From positions 2,693,567 through 2,757,566 of the forward strand of contig MU053629.1 of assembly GCA_013239625.1 (NCBI GenBank): a stretch of DNA of 64,000 nucleotides, written 5' to 3'. This document shows, piece by piece, positions 13,675 to 26,238 of this stretch. Both the position numbers and the translations under genes were made by a program. The notes beneath the pieces were generated by a model, which saw only the letters and a list, made by a program, of their open reading frames with translations, searched no databases and was not told where the DNA came from. This DNA comes from Lama guanicoe. Lineage: Eukaryota. Position 1 is the stretch's first letter. Every line of letters starts with the position of its first letter.

Positions 13675-15005
13675 CTGCTTCAGGAGGAAGAAAGAATGAT
13701 GTTGGCACAGAGAGAAAAACATTTTTTTAAGTGTATGCAACAACTCCTGGCTCAGAGGAGATGAAATGATGAATTTCATCCTCTGGGTGAGCCATGAAAT
13801 GAAGCTTCATGCGTGCTCCTTTGCTCAAAAAGTCTGGGGCTATTTGCCCTGGTGCTGACACGCCTTTCACCAGAACATTTTTTAAATGTACAAAGACAGC
13901 TATGCAATGAGCTCATCCTGATCTTTTCTTTTATAGCCCCTCTTGTACCTGTTATAACCCATCTTTTCTTAAGCAAGGCTTTGGTATCCAGAAGAATGAC
14001 CTCGTTAAGGGTGTCTGACCAGATGGCAGCAGGTGGCAGGGTATTTAGCAGAAGGCTTTTCACTTTCAGACATGTACAGATACTGTTCTGCGCGAGGGAA
14101 ATCCTCTCCGGCCCGCTGGGAGATGATCTAAGCTATCCAAGTGTGCACTGAAGAGACACTCCAGGAAGGAGTGGGAAAGGAATGGAATTTTCAAGTAGAA
14201 AAAGCCAGATGATTTCAGACCAAAGGATAATGTCCCCCAAACTCAGGAACCCTGTACAGATTTCCCAGATTTAAGAGAGGGAGGATTTTACTGGTTTATT
14301 AAATCCTGGAGCATGGAAACCACTGGTGTGTATGAGGAGGAGTCAAGAGAATTAAAAATAACCCACTCCTGTCTTACCTGCTCACCTGCTGCTCAGCCCC
14401 ACAAGGAACTCTACCATCGACCTCAACAACGCAGCAAGATCCCAAAGTGACCCCCAAACCTGGAGAGCCCTGCTACAGCCTCCAGCACCACACTGCTGAG
14501 ACGGGGTGGCAAATCCGCCATGGTCCTTAGGAGCTGAGGGGCCTCGTCTGCTGTTGGGCTCAACACACTCATTTTAGGGATAACAGTGAGGCATCTCAGG
14601 GCCAGAGAGGAGCAGGGGGAGGTCTGACAGCCACTGTGGGAAGTGACTGAGCTGGGCAGCACATAATCCCAGTCAGACCCAGACACTGCCCTGCCCCAAG
14701 TCAGTGGGTTTCAGAAACCTGGGCAACTGAGGGGCTTCACAGTTTGTGGCAACCAGTTTGGCCTCATTCAGTCCCTCAAGTTATTTGTGTTAACAAAGCT
14801 CTTCTTCATTAGAATATACAGTCTTCGGGCCAGGACCACACTTCATTCGACCTGTATTCATCACCTCATACCCCTCACATAGAGCAGAGAGCTTTATACA
14901 CTTTGTACATGCTGACGTCTACGGCTGGGGGAGATGGGGTGCTGGTAACTAAGAGCCCAGCCTTCAGCCGTCCTCTTGGACCCACGTGGGGACCGTCCCT
15001 CTCAC

Positions 15006-15147
15006 CTCTTGGGCTGCTTCTGTGCGTACACCAGCAGGTACTTGACTCGTAGGAGCTGGTTGTTGGTGACCACAAAGTACTTGGGAGGGATGTCGCCCCC
15101 TTCGCTGTGCTTGATTCTCGCTCTCCTGCGGTCTATCTCCTTGGAAT
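15006..15147 (-). CDS. PARP16: PARP16 coding exon 5 (142 nt), contains the third triad residue Tyr (PPKYFVV)
   Basis: [47 protein letters not shown] plus AG; acceptor tttttcag|, donor |gtgaga; phases 1/2 fit the neighbouring exons. Confidence 0.97.
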
Positions 15148-15300
15148 CTGAAAAAGGAGAGAAAGCACAACTTTACAGGGGAAACACTCAATAATAAAAG
15201 CAGCAAAATATGAACAGGAACAGGTCAAGCCTCCTGGTCCTGAGGGTGGAGAAGCCCCATGTGTGTGTACTTGAAGCAGGACTGAAAAATAGGACAGAAA

Positions 15301-15440
15301 GGGGGAAGGGTATAGCTTAGTGGTAGAGCACATGCTTAGCATGCACGAGGTCCTGGGTTCCATCTCCAGTACCTCCTCCAAATATAAATAAAAAATAAGC
15401 CTAATACCTCCCCCTAAAAAAAAAAAAGAAAAAAACAGAA
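15301..15440 (+). mobile_element. tRNA-Ala-derived SINE (camelid vic-1-like)
   Basis: GGGTATAGCTTAGTGGTAGAGCACATGCTTAGCATGCACGAGGTCCTGGGTTC head, A-rich tail, possible ACAGAAAG target duplication. Confidence 0.85.
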
Positions 15441-16635
15441 AGAGGGAAAAAGGAACAGGAAAATATAAGGGATACAAGAGAAAACTCAAAACAAAACTGA
15501 GTGGGGAAAGCAGAGGCCATGACAAAAAAATAACATGAGACTGGAAACAGGACTTGGTCTGAAACGAGCCTTTTAGCAGGCATTTTAAATTAACCATCCT
15601 GGATTTGAGCTTCTTAGAACACTTATCTCTCACTCTTTGTACCAAGACTTGTTTAAAAAAACAAAACCTTTTCTTTTAATAACATGAGCTTTACCGAAAA
15701 GAACCAAAAAACAACAACAAAAAACCACAAGAGGCCAAAGCTGCGTGACAGCAGACGCTGGGAGGTTTTGTCCCGATGTTTAATGTCACCCTGGAAGCAG
15801 ACTTCCCAGGAATTATAAATGTGAACGTTCACGCGCTCTGGTTTGGGAGAGTGGCGTCAGACCTGGGCCCAATCCTCGGGATTCCAGTTGTTTTACATTA
15901 GCGCCAGGAACAGACGGTTTTCTCAATTCTCCTTTTCTCAGTGCAACCCACAGGCCAGCTCTGGGGACTAGAACCACAGTTCTGTGACTCTTCTGCCTCT
16001 GAGGGCTGAAGAGGGGGGCGCACAGGGCGAAGACGTAAGGGACGTATCCAGGGAGTGGACTGAGGCGGCCCACTCATCATCCGCTCCCTGGAGAGTCTGG
16101 GATTTACTCCCATGGCCTCAGATGCCCCTCACATCCTCCGGGGGCTCCAGCACACGGCAGACAGCCTGGAGGGACGGGGTGTGGACCCACATCTTTACCT
16201 TCAGTTTAGCAAATGTTTGTTGAATGTCTCTGTGCTGATACCAGGTGCCCAAGAATGAATGAGACCCAGTTTCTGTCTTCGAGGAACTTGTGCTCTGGCC
16301 TCACATACTCGTTTTCATCTCCTCCAGCCCAATGCTTTGTCGGAGCGCTTGGACCCACCGGGATTGCTCCTTCCTCTGAGCTGCCCCCGAGGACCTCATC
16401 AGCACCCTCACCCAGCCCTCCCTACTACCTTGTAGTAAGGGATGCCCTTTCCATTGTGTGTTCAGGCCCTAAGGAGACGACTTACTCCTTGAGTAACTTA
16501 TGCCTTGTTCTACTTTGCTTTGGACGCAGCCCACCCATTGGTGTGCAACGCACGCTCCACCCAACAGCTGGGCCAAAGGCAAGAGCCTGATACCCAGAGG
16601 CCGGCAGCCCGGGTCTGGGCCAAATGCTCACTCAC

Positions 16636-16807
16636 CCTTCTTCTTCGTTTGGCACTTGACGTCTGGATGGTCAATGACCTCGCACACGGCCACGCAGCTA
16701 AGGATGGGGCCGAGGAGGCTGCGCTGCCACCCGTGGCCATGGGGGCTATAAATGAGGGCCAGGCTCAAGTCACTGGTGAGGTAGGTCCCTTCCCCAAACA
16801 AGGATGT
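16636..16807 (-). CDS. PARP16: PARP16 coding exon 4 (172 nt), contains the GxGxY motif
   Basis: [57 protein letters not shown] plus one G; acceptor ttccag|, donor |gtgagt. Confidence 0.97.
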
Positions 16808-18979
16808 CTGGAACGGCAGAGGTCAACAGAAGAGAAAAAGGGCTGGGTGAATGCGGAGCTGGAGCAGCAAGACAACACAGGTCTTTCTTCAACAGAGTTG
16901 TTAACATAAAATCGTCAAGCCCCTTTTTTCCCCAGCAAAAGGCATAACGTCAAATAATGACATGACATCGTCACAGGGTTATTACAGAACACATTCCAAG
17001 CTGACAGCAGTTAACTGATAGGGATGTGGCTGACTAACCTGGCAAACTAGTAGTTCCAGCGGTCAAGGCTGAGAAAGGAAAACATAGGTATGAGTCCAAG
17101 TTTGAATCGTGCCTATACCTCTGACAAGCTAGCCAGCTGTATAAACTCTTGGGGTCTCCATTTCTGTATCTACAAGTGGTGATAACAAGGTCGTGGGTGA
17201 GGGTCCGGTGAGGTGACGCACACAAAGCACTATGCAGAACGCCTGGCACGTGACACAGCGGGCACTCCATTACCGGCTCTCATGTCACAGCCCAGCAGTA
17301 ATTCCTGCTGCATGAATGTGTTAAGCATGGTGACACAGACGGGCTTGCAGAAGCAAAGTTATGCCCTTATGTACAGGGAGGGGTCACATCTGAGTGGGGA
17401 AAGTCATCTGAGTCACTACTTGGAAAAGAAACAAAGCTCTCAGACAGAAACTGGAACCAAATAAGGCAGGTCTACATGAGGGGCAGGGTAAGTTGCACTC
17501 TTTGTGTTGGTGTTGACCAAGCAAATGTCCAAAATTCTAGGAGGCAGGTCCCTGGTGGTAGGTGCTAACTTGGTGTCCTCCACAAGGAAGCATGCCAGGC
17601 GAGAGAATCTCAGGTAAAATACCTGCACATTGAGGCTACAGTGGGCACAGTAAACACACGCTTTGCCCATGGCAGACATCAACAGTCAACTGTGATGCCG
17701 ACATAAAAATGTCAATTGTGGCACTTACTCATACTGACTCAGAATCCTCAACACGACACACTAGGTAGCTACTACCAGTGGGTGGAATTTGACACGAGTT
17801 GAAATTCAATTGTTATCCTTGGGCCACAGTGTCAGTATCTTAAGACGATGAATGGACTCAAAAAGCTCACTGAACATTCTCCACTTGGGAACTGAGAAAT
17901 GTCCTAATCAGTGGCACCAGGCTTCCCCAATTCTAAGCTGGGTCAGTGAAGCTTAGGGGAAATGAGATAAGCTTTGGCTTGGCCTTTTTACACAGTGTCC
18001 CCATGTCTCAAAAGCTGACACAGGTCTTTTCCAAGCACACTGGATGTCCTCTCATCTGACCCCACGTCCATTCTCTGCTGATGCCTGCCATGTATACACC
18101 GTTCCCTAGACTCAAGAGCCTTAAGCAGTGGAGGACCACAGCGAGAAACTTGGCGTTATCTCTAAACGAACACAATCTCATAGCTTCAACTGAGGCAGGG
18201 AGGCTCCCTCAAGTAAAGCCCCTCACTGAAAACCCAGTCAGAGGCCAGAAGAGCATCCACGTCTCCAAAGGACTCGGGTGAGATGCTTCTAAGCAGCAAA
18301 CTCCCTCGGGCACTGAAGTGAAGGTCTGGTGACAAGGCTGTCATCCGCAGGCAACTTCTCCAGGCCGGCTCTGGGGTAAAGCAGAGGCCCCCTGGATTCC
18401 AGTAGCCTGGCCGTAATAAAAAGCTGAGAGCCAGCGTAAACAAGCCCGTCATCCTCAGCAAAACCCAACTGTGCTAATTAGCTGTAGTCGTGTCGGAAAA
18501 GTCTCTCTGGCCTCGGGCTACATCAGCCACACTGGGTCCACGGTTGGTGGAGCCAGCCCCACAGACGAGGCAGAGGCTGGCACCGCTGGTTCCCTCTCCA
18601 TCCTCTAAAAGCAGCCACTGCTTCCTCGGTACTTAAGTACAGGAAGAGCCTTCTGCATACATGAACGGTTTCAGTCCTCTCAGGACACCAGAAGGTGGGA
18701 AACAGTGTCCCGTTTTACAGATGAGGACACTGGCTCTGGGAGATTAAGTAAATTTGCCAAGGATGGCAGAGCTGCAAAGGTAGTCTTTTTGGCTCGTCTG
18801 TACTCCTCTACCTACGCTTCACTGAGGGGCAAAATAAATGCCTGCAAAGGATGGGTGGTTGACACTGTTTTGGCTCCTAAAAAAGGGAGGAAAGGAGCTC
18901 AAGGAGGGAGGAAAAGGACCTCTCCTTGGCACATCCCTCAATTTCTCCAGGGGCCGACTCTGTTGGACTGCCCCCTAGG

Positions 18980-19470
18980 CAAGTGCTTCTCAAACTTCAA
19001 CATGCACATAAATCACCCGGGAGCTTGTTAAAGTGTGATTTCTGATCCAGTGGTCTGGCGTGGGCCTGAGATGCCACAGGTCCAACAAGCTCCCAGGGAT
19101 GCAGATGCCACTGGTCCAGGGACCATGCTGAGGAGCACGGGCTGGCCACTCATTAGGATCACCTGGTGACCTCTGACAGCATACTGATGCCTGGGCCCCA
19201 TTCGCAGAGATTCTGATGTAATCAGTCAGGGACGCAGCCAGGCATTGGGATTTTTAATAGCTCCCCAAGTGACTCTAAACGTGTGGCCAAGGCTGGGAAC
19301 CATCTTTAAACTGATGCTTCTCAAACGGTAATCAGTATAGGAATCACCTGGAGATCTTGTTAAACTGCAGGTTCTGATTCAGAAGGTCCAGGTGGGCCCA
19401 GGATTCTGCATTTTTACAGGCTCTCAGGCAATGCTGCTGCTGCTGGTCTGCAGACCACACTTTGAGCGGC
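18980..19470. mobile_element. Cluster of about three MER5-type hAT-Charlie MITEs next to PARP16 exon 3
   Basis: Repeated MER5 motifs: tgcttctcaaac, aatcacctgg, gattctgat, ctgcatttttaca, gaccacactttgag. Confidence 0.75.
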
Positions 19471-19541
19471 GAGGCCTTGGCCAACCCACCCACCCCCACC
19501 CCACCAGCTCTGTGCCCCAGGTCGGCAGACTTGGGCCCCAC

Positions 19542-19748
19542 CTTGTTCAGGTGGCAGTGCAGGCCATTGTGGATGATGGAATGGAAGTTTTCTAGGCGGC
19601 TCCCGTGGAAGGCGTAGATTAGATCTCGTTCTCCTTTGGTCTCATAAAATTTGGCGTTGGCTGGGTCAGAGTACTCGATTTCAAACAGGAAGTCCGGTAT
19701 GGGGACAGGCGTGTGAGGGGCACCAGTCAGCTTCTGGATCTTCTCAAA
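19542..19748 (-). CDS. PARP16: PARP16 coding exon 3 (207 nt), contains the catalytic His (AFHGS)
   Basis: [69 protein letters not shown]; acceptor tctcaag|, donor |gtgggg. Confidence 0.97.
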
Positions 19749-20069
19749 CTTGAGAACATGCAGGAAGTCACAATTTTATTTGAGAAGCTGGTAAAATGTG
19801 CTGCCAAAATGGCCTCCTAAAGCCCTGGGCTTAACTCCTGTGGGTCCTGCTCATGAGGACAAACGGTTTCCTGGGAATAAAAACAACTTATAAACAAGCT
19901 CAGAGCTTATAACTCAACACTGCTTTTCCCTAATATTTTTCCCTCCAGTAGGCTAACTGAGAAGCGTGAATTGCTCCTTCTAACTAAAGATCACTTCTAA
20001 TTTTCCTAACACTTTCACATCTATTTCCTGCATTCCATCTTGACAAAAATTTTGAGAGGTAGAAAGGTA

Positions 20070-20535
20070 TGATAAATTACAAAAATGGCCAAAACTTTTT
20101 CCTCCCATTCCTGTCTACTCACCCCTCTGCAATGTGAATTTGCAAGTGGAATTCCACCAAGATTCTATCAAGAGATGGAATCTATTTCTCTACCCCTTAA
20201 ATCCGGGCTTGGCCATGTGACTTCCTTTGGCTAATGGGACCTTGGTAAACACGGCAGAGACTTGAAAAGGGCTTGGCCTTCCTCGTCAGCTGCTGGGAGC
20301 CCTTCACAAGCCCTGCTAGCCTTCTACAGGATGACAGCCTCACAGGGGAAGGCCCCAACCACAGCAGCCATCCCAGATATGTAAGGGAGGCTACCCTGGA
20401 TCAGCCCCAGGTGAGCCAGCCCCCCCCAGAGGAACCACCCACCCAACCTACAGAATCATGAGAAGCGATCAATATTGTTTTAAGCCAGTAGATTTGGGGG
20501 ATGGTTTGTTATGGAGCAAAAGCTAACTGATACAG
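20070..20535 (+). mobile_element. MLT1-type LTR
   Basis: atcaagagatggaatctatttctctacccctt...ggccatgtgacttcctttggctaatggga...tttaagcca...tttgttatggagcaaaagctaactgataca. Confidence 0.75.
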
Positions 20536-22006
20536 AAGGGTAAGCTCCTTCCTAAAAGGTAATAATCCTCTTCAGGGTAGAGAGCACACCATCTCCAAGA
20601 CTTCCAAACAGTAAATCACAGACCAAAGCCAGTCTGTGGTAAAGTTTTCTCTGGGTTGTGATTAAATGACAAAAATAAGGGCAATTTTAACAAATACTTT
20701 TATATGGATGTAAGGATGCCATGAGCCCTTCTTTGAAAGAACTGTCCTTTAGTCGGAGGTCAGGACCATCCTCCTTTTTTTGTATTAAAACATCCTTTAA
20801 AAATGATGATACAAGGTAGACTGATGTCCTTACTTGGGCACAATAAAAAGCTGATAATCCTGGGTCCCAACACTCAATATTTTAAGGGAATTTAACTGGT
20901 CTATCATCAAAAGTCAAGGAGCGATTGCCTTATCTACTTTACATATAGCACCCAATATCTAGTAGGCACTTGATGCCCTTATGAAGAATGAATAAATGAA
21001 TAAATAAATTTCAATTTAACAAATGACAAAAGTAAAACCCAGAGATCATCTAGGAGTTAGCAGCCCAGCTTGGACCTGAATACGGGTCTCCTGACTCCCA
21101 CTCCAGAGCTCTTTACCTTACCATCCAGTGCAGATGGAGGGTGTCCCTAGACATCAGAAAGCAAGATACCAAATTTTATACCACTTAGGGAGGATTTTTG
21201 TCTTTAGCAGGAACTTATAACATCAAATGCTCTTAGATTAAAATTGATTAATTAAGTGAAGTTCAGTAGAGCCAAACCCCCTGCTGCTGCTTAGAGGAAA
21301 GAACACCAGATTAGGGATCTGCCGGTCCTACAGTCTGACCCTTGTCAGCCCAGCCTGTGCCTGGGAGACCCCAGCCAGGCAAGGGAAACCAAATCATGGA
21401 ATGTCTGGCCTGTGCCAGAAACTGTACTGGGGGGATGACACATATTCTGTTACAGCTCCCTTCTGAGGTAACTGTCAATGTTCTCAACTTACAAGTGGGG
21501 AAAAGAAGACTCAATAACAACAGATAGGATTGGGATTTGAACCCAGAGTCTGAGGATTTCCACCCCTTCGGGTTCTGCCTCTCTGTTTCCTGACCGCTTG
21601 ACGAGGTCAGTGTTTCTTAAGCTGTGGTCGAGGGTCCACCCTTACCAGAATTACCTGGGGTGCCTGTGATACCCAACATTCACTGAGCCCTTAGTCATTG
21701 TTCTAAGTAAGAAAATCTATTTAATTCTCTATTATTATCCCCATTTTACAGATGAGGAGACTGAGGTAATGATATGCACCCAGTAACCTGCTCAAGGTTG
21801 CACAGCTAGTACGAGGGAGAACACGGCTTTGCATCACGAGTGTGCAAGTTCCTGGACCCCACTCTAGACAGAGAATCAGAATCTCTGGGGATGAGGTCCA
21901 GGAATCCGCATTTCCAACAAGCTGCCCAGATCATTCCACTGCATAAAGATATTCCAGATCCCTTCAGTGCTCAGACTCTGTGATCCTAAAGACCAAAAAG
22001 TCTCAC

Positions 22007-22144
22007 CTTTGACTTCCCTGCACTGTGAATTGTCAGGACCTTTGAGGATAAAATCCAGCTCACCAGGTCCCAGGCCCATTTGTCCTTGTCTCCGGAGGAC
22101 TGAAGAAGTTCGTTCAGGTTGGGTAACTTGCTAGCATCTGCAAG
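22007..22144 (-). CDS. PARP16: PARP16 coding exon 2 (138 nt)
   Basis: [46 protein letters not shown]; acceptor ctccag|, donor AAG|gtgaga; phase 0/0. Confidence 0.97.
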
Positions 22145-22200
22145 CTGGAGTGAGGAAAAACCTCCATTAGCAAGGATCCTGGACAAAATGATAATAACCA

Positions 22201-22217
22201 GGTGCCCTCTAGTGGTG
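22201..22217 (-). promoter_or_regulatory. Candidate CTCF site in PARP16 intron 1
   Basis: Minus strand CACCACTAGAGGGCACC fits the core CCASYAGRKGGCRS. Confidence 0.55.
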
Positions 22218-24216
22218 AGGCAGGCGACTTGCACTTCTTTCATGTTTCAGGGGATTTCTTAGGAGGGAAATTCACAGGTTTAGGATCCTTTTCCAATAAT
22301 GCCCAGCTCCAAACGCTCTGAACACTGAAAGGCTGTTCTGTAACTGAATCGGTACAAAACCTGACCTGAACCGATGTGAGGTTTGTTGAATCTATTTATC
22401 CCACTTTGCGTTACTACTGATACATTTTGCTGCAGGAATGGAGCAGATGTTACCACATACCTGGTATATACACGTGTGAGCAAAGGGCTACCAAAGCCTT
22501 TTTCCTTCAGCATGAGTTAATTAACTTCTTGTTAGCCTGTTCCCTTGAGACCAGACAAAGATAATAAAGCAACTACCTACATAACCAGGCAACATTGCTT
22601 ATGGTAAAGATGACCCAGAATGGTAAACTACATCTGGACTGGAAGAAACCGTTAGTGGGGGATCCAAGGTTTGGGGCTTCCGAGTGACTTTTTGTAAGGA
22701 CCCTGGCAGCTAGATCTGTGGTGTTCTTACTAGAGGGACCTGCCTCTGTCCCTGGAATGTGGGGCTTCATTAGACCAGAGCAGTTCCTGCTCCATCCCAT
22801 GTGAATCTCATCTTCTTACACCTGAGCTGTCACTATTAGGGGCAAAGACGAGCTCCTGGACCTCTTCGTGGACCACAGCAAGGACTTCGGCAGAAACAAC
22901 ACACCCTGCTGTGAGCTGTGATCGTCCCAGAGCTTCCTGATTTCAGAGTCTGAATTTTGAAACACATTTGGTGCCGAGACTTCTGATAAGGGACTGGGTA
23001 CCTGGACTAACAGATAGCTTACAAGGTATTTGTAGCTTCTGCTCAGAAATTAAAAGTGGCTAGAAATTAAATCTCTGCAGCATGGCATTTAAAACGCCAC
23101 TGCAGACTGGTGCCATCTGTGAACATACCTCCTCCAAACTTGGCTCACTCTGGCCCCTGGCATGCTACTTCCCCCACCTCTACCAAGCCAGGCAACCCCT
23201 GTCCTCCAAACCCCTAAAGCACTCAGCCCCAGGACCCTCTCCCCCGAGTGGACAGGACTCCTGGAGACCAAGGACTGTCTTGCGTTTTACAAACTCTCCT
23301 GTTTCCTGGATGTAGAGGAAAGAGCGGACAGATCTTGGTCTAAATCCCTGCTCCTTAGGCAAAGCACTAGACCTGGCTGAGCCTCGATCTCCTAACACGG
23401 GAACCCTACTATCTCCATGCAGGCTGTCGGGAAGATTAGAGAAGGTAACAGAATCACAGGGCCTGGTCTATACACTGCATGTCTATTTCTTTTCTTCTTA
23501 CTTGTATTTCCCCCTGGCCAAGACACACCTTTGCTAGGGATGTAGTTGGTACCTCATGAATACCAGTGGTTCTTTTCCATGTTGCTAGAAATTTCACTGT
23601 TGCCAACCGTGGGGATGGAAAGGGGCTTTATTTCTTAACCCTGTAACTGAAAGTCAGAAATATCTCAGGGCTGCTTTATTCCTGTCTGTATTTTCCAAGA
23701 CTCAGCCAATAGCCTCAGACTTCTGATAATACTATCTCTATATGCCTTGTGGGCCATCAGGGAGGATCCCATTAAAAAACAGGGGTGTGTAGATGCTCCA
23801 CGTGTGTTGGTGCTACACAGTGGGGAGGCAGAAAGGTAAATAATTATGACTTAAAACTACTCGTTGTTGTAACAATGATGGATACAAACTACTAAGGGGA
23901 CCAGGCGGGACGCCTGTTGCGTAGGGGCTGGGAGAAAAGGGGGTGGTCGGGACAGGCTTTGCAGGGGAGGTGCCTGTGACCGGGCTTGACGTGCAAGGGC
24001 ACAGAAGTGCAGCATGTAGACAGGGACGTGGATGGATGGCGAGGTGGTTAACTGTGTGGGCTCTCCTTCCAGGGGGCCCAGGTCCACCCCTTACTAGCTG
24101 TGTGACCTGGCTGAGTTGACCTCTTGTGTCTCAGTTTCCTCAAACACATAATTGAGATAGTATCAGTAGCCACTTCATGGGCTCTCTGTGAAGATTAATC
24201 AAACTAAAGCAGTACA

Positions 24217-24352
24217 GGGGGGAGGGTATAGCTCAAGCAGTAGAGCGCATGCTTAGCATGCACAAGGTCCTGGGTTCAATCCCCAGTACTTCCTCTAAAA
24301 ATTAATAAATGTAATTACCTCCTCTCCCCCCCTCCAAAAATGAAAGAATAAA
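24217..24352 (+). mobile_element. tRNA-derived SINE (vic-1-like) inserted in a MIR
   Basis: Same tRNA-like head and tail as the other copies; MIR-like flanks. Confidence 0.85.
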
Positions 24353-25114
24353 CAAAGTAGTCCAGAGCTTAGAGCACAGGAAGGTGTTAAGTTAGTGGGA
24401 CTGCCATGATGGTTGTCGTCATTAACTGCAGACAGTTGGGTGTGGCTGGAGCCTAGAGTCTGGGGGAGGGGTTGCCAGGAGGAGCAGGAGCAAGACGGTG
24501 ATTTGGGATCAGCCTGTGAAGGGCCTTGTACCCTCTCGGGGACTCTGGCCTCTGTTCTATAGGAATCACGGAGCTGCTAACGGTACCTGGAGTTGCATTC
24601 CAAATGGTGTCCCCTCAGGTACCCCTCGGCCTCCCCTGACCCTCTTTTCTACTCCTGGTCCACACGTGTGATGCCAGGGCCAGAGCAGAGTTCTCTCTCC
24701 CATGATTACTGTTTCCATCACCGCTTTCCAATCCCACCTGTGAGCCACAGCCTTTGTCAACAGCCCAGACCGAGGCACAGGGAGCCCCACAAAGGGACCG
24801 CCAGCTAAGCCAGGCCCCTCTCAGGGCTTCCGTCTGTGAAAGTGGGAGAGAGCCCTCCCTACACTGAGCTGGGCCCAATCCTCACCTGAGCTCCCCTGGG
24901 GCCAGGCCTCTTCCAGGGCCCCCAGTGTGTCCTGCTGGGCTGCCCTCTTTGTCCTCACTTTTAACCCCTCCACTGACCTCCCCCGTGTCCCATTTCACTT
25001 TTCAAGCTACTCTGAAAAAATTAATCTGCCACAAAAAGTTGACAGGATTCTTCCTCTTATGACCAAAACCTTTCTGCATTTGAGCAGGGGTTTTTGAGGT
25101 CCAGGCACCCAAGC

Positions 25115-25322
25115 AGGGTTGCCAGATAAAATACAGTCTGCTCAGTTATATTGAGGTTTCAAAAAAAATTTTTGAATTTCAGATAAACAACAATTTTTTT
25201 AAGATAAATATAACCCATGCAATATTTAGGGCATACTTGTACTAAAGCAATTATCTGTTGCTTCTCTGAAACAAATTTTAAGTAGGTGGCCTATATTTTT
25301 TATCTGCTTATCTAGCAACCCT
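25115..25322. mobile_element. MER53-like palindromic hAT MITE
   Basis: Terminal inverted repeats AGGGTTGCCAGATAA / TTATCTAGCAACCCT; internal inverted pair tttcagataaacaac / gttgcttctctgaaa. Confidence 0.8.
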
Positions 25323-25779
25323 CCCCTTAACAAGGCCCTTCAGAATCTTGTCTAGCGTCGGCCTAACAGCACCTCTGGCTACAACTTCCCACCTGCTCCA
25401 CCACGTTGCTCCCTGCTGCACTACGTCTCTCCTCCACTGTGTTTCTGCAGCTGCCCAGCATAACATTCAGTCTGCAAGGCCATCTCCCCTCTCCCTGACC
25501 ACACACGACCTCTGTGCTCCCCTGGTGCTCAGTGCAGAATCCTACACTGCTACTTGACTCTCTGGAGCCATCTCACATCTGCTTGGGACAAACACTCCCT
25601 GAGGGCCAACCACATCTTACTTATCCCAGAGCCCCGGAGGCCAGCCTGGAGTCTGGTATGAAGTTCGGAATGAGATAGTAACAGCCACTATTTGCTGAGG
25701 CCTTAAGTGCCAGGCACTGGGCTAAATGCTGCACAAGCAGCGTCTCATCTTATCCTCACAACAGCCTGTTTTAAAGGTG

Positions 25780-26010
25780 ATCGTCAGAGAAATGCAAATC
25801 AAAACTACAATGAGATATCGCCTCACAGCTGTCAGAATGGCTAGCATCTACCTAGCTAGCTACCACTCCTGGGTATGTATCTGAAGAAAACAAAAACACT
25901 AACTCGAAAGGATACGTGCACCCCAATATTCATAGCAGCATTGTTTACAATAGCCAAGATATGGAAGCAACCTAGGTCCCATCAACAGATGAATGGATAA
26001 AGATGGGTGT

Positions 26011-26046
<36 letters not shown>

Positions 26047-26238
26047 TGGAATACTACTCAGTCATAAAAAAGAATGAAATGTAGCCATTTGAAACAACAT
26101 GGATGTACTTGGAGGATGAAATAAGTCAGACAGAGAAAGACAAATACTGTATGTTATCAATTAATCACCTGAAATGTATATAATATTGTAAATCAGTTAT
26201 ACCTCAATAAATTTTTTTAATTTCCAAATAAAAATAAA
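25780..26238 (+). mobile_element. L1 3' end with an internal (CA)n at ~26013-26044, inserted into a MIR
   Basis: atgcaaatcaaaactacaatgagatatc, caatagccaagatatggaagcaacc and an AATAAA tail; MIR halves on either side. Confidence 0.85.

Noticed and set aside
17715..17765. Strong minus-strand donor TGA|GTAAGT in PARP16 intron 3
   Set aside because: No convincing polypyrimidine tract or acceptor at exon distance upstream.
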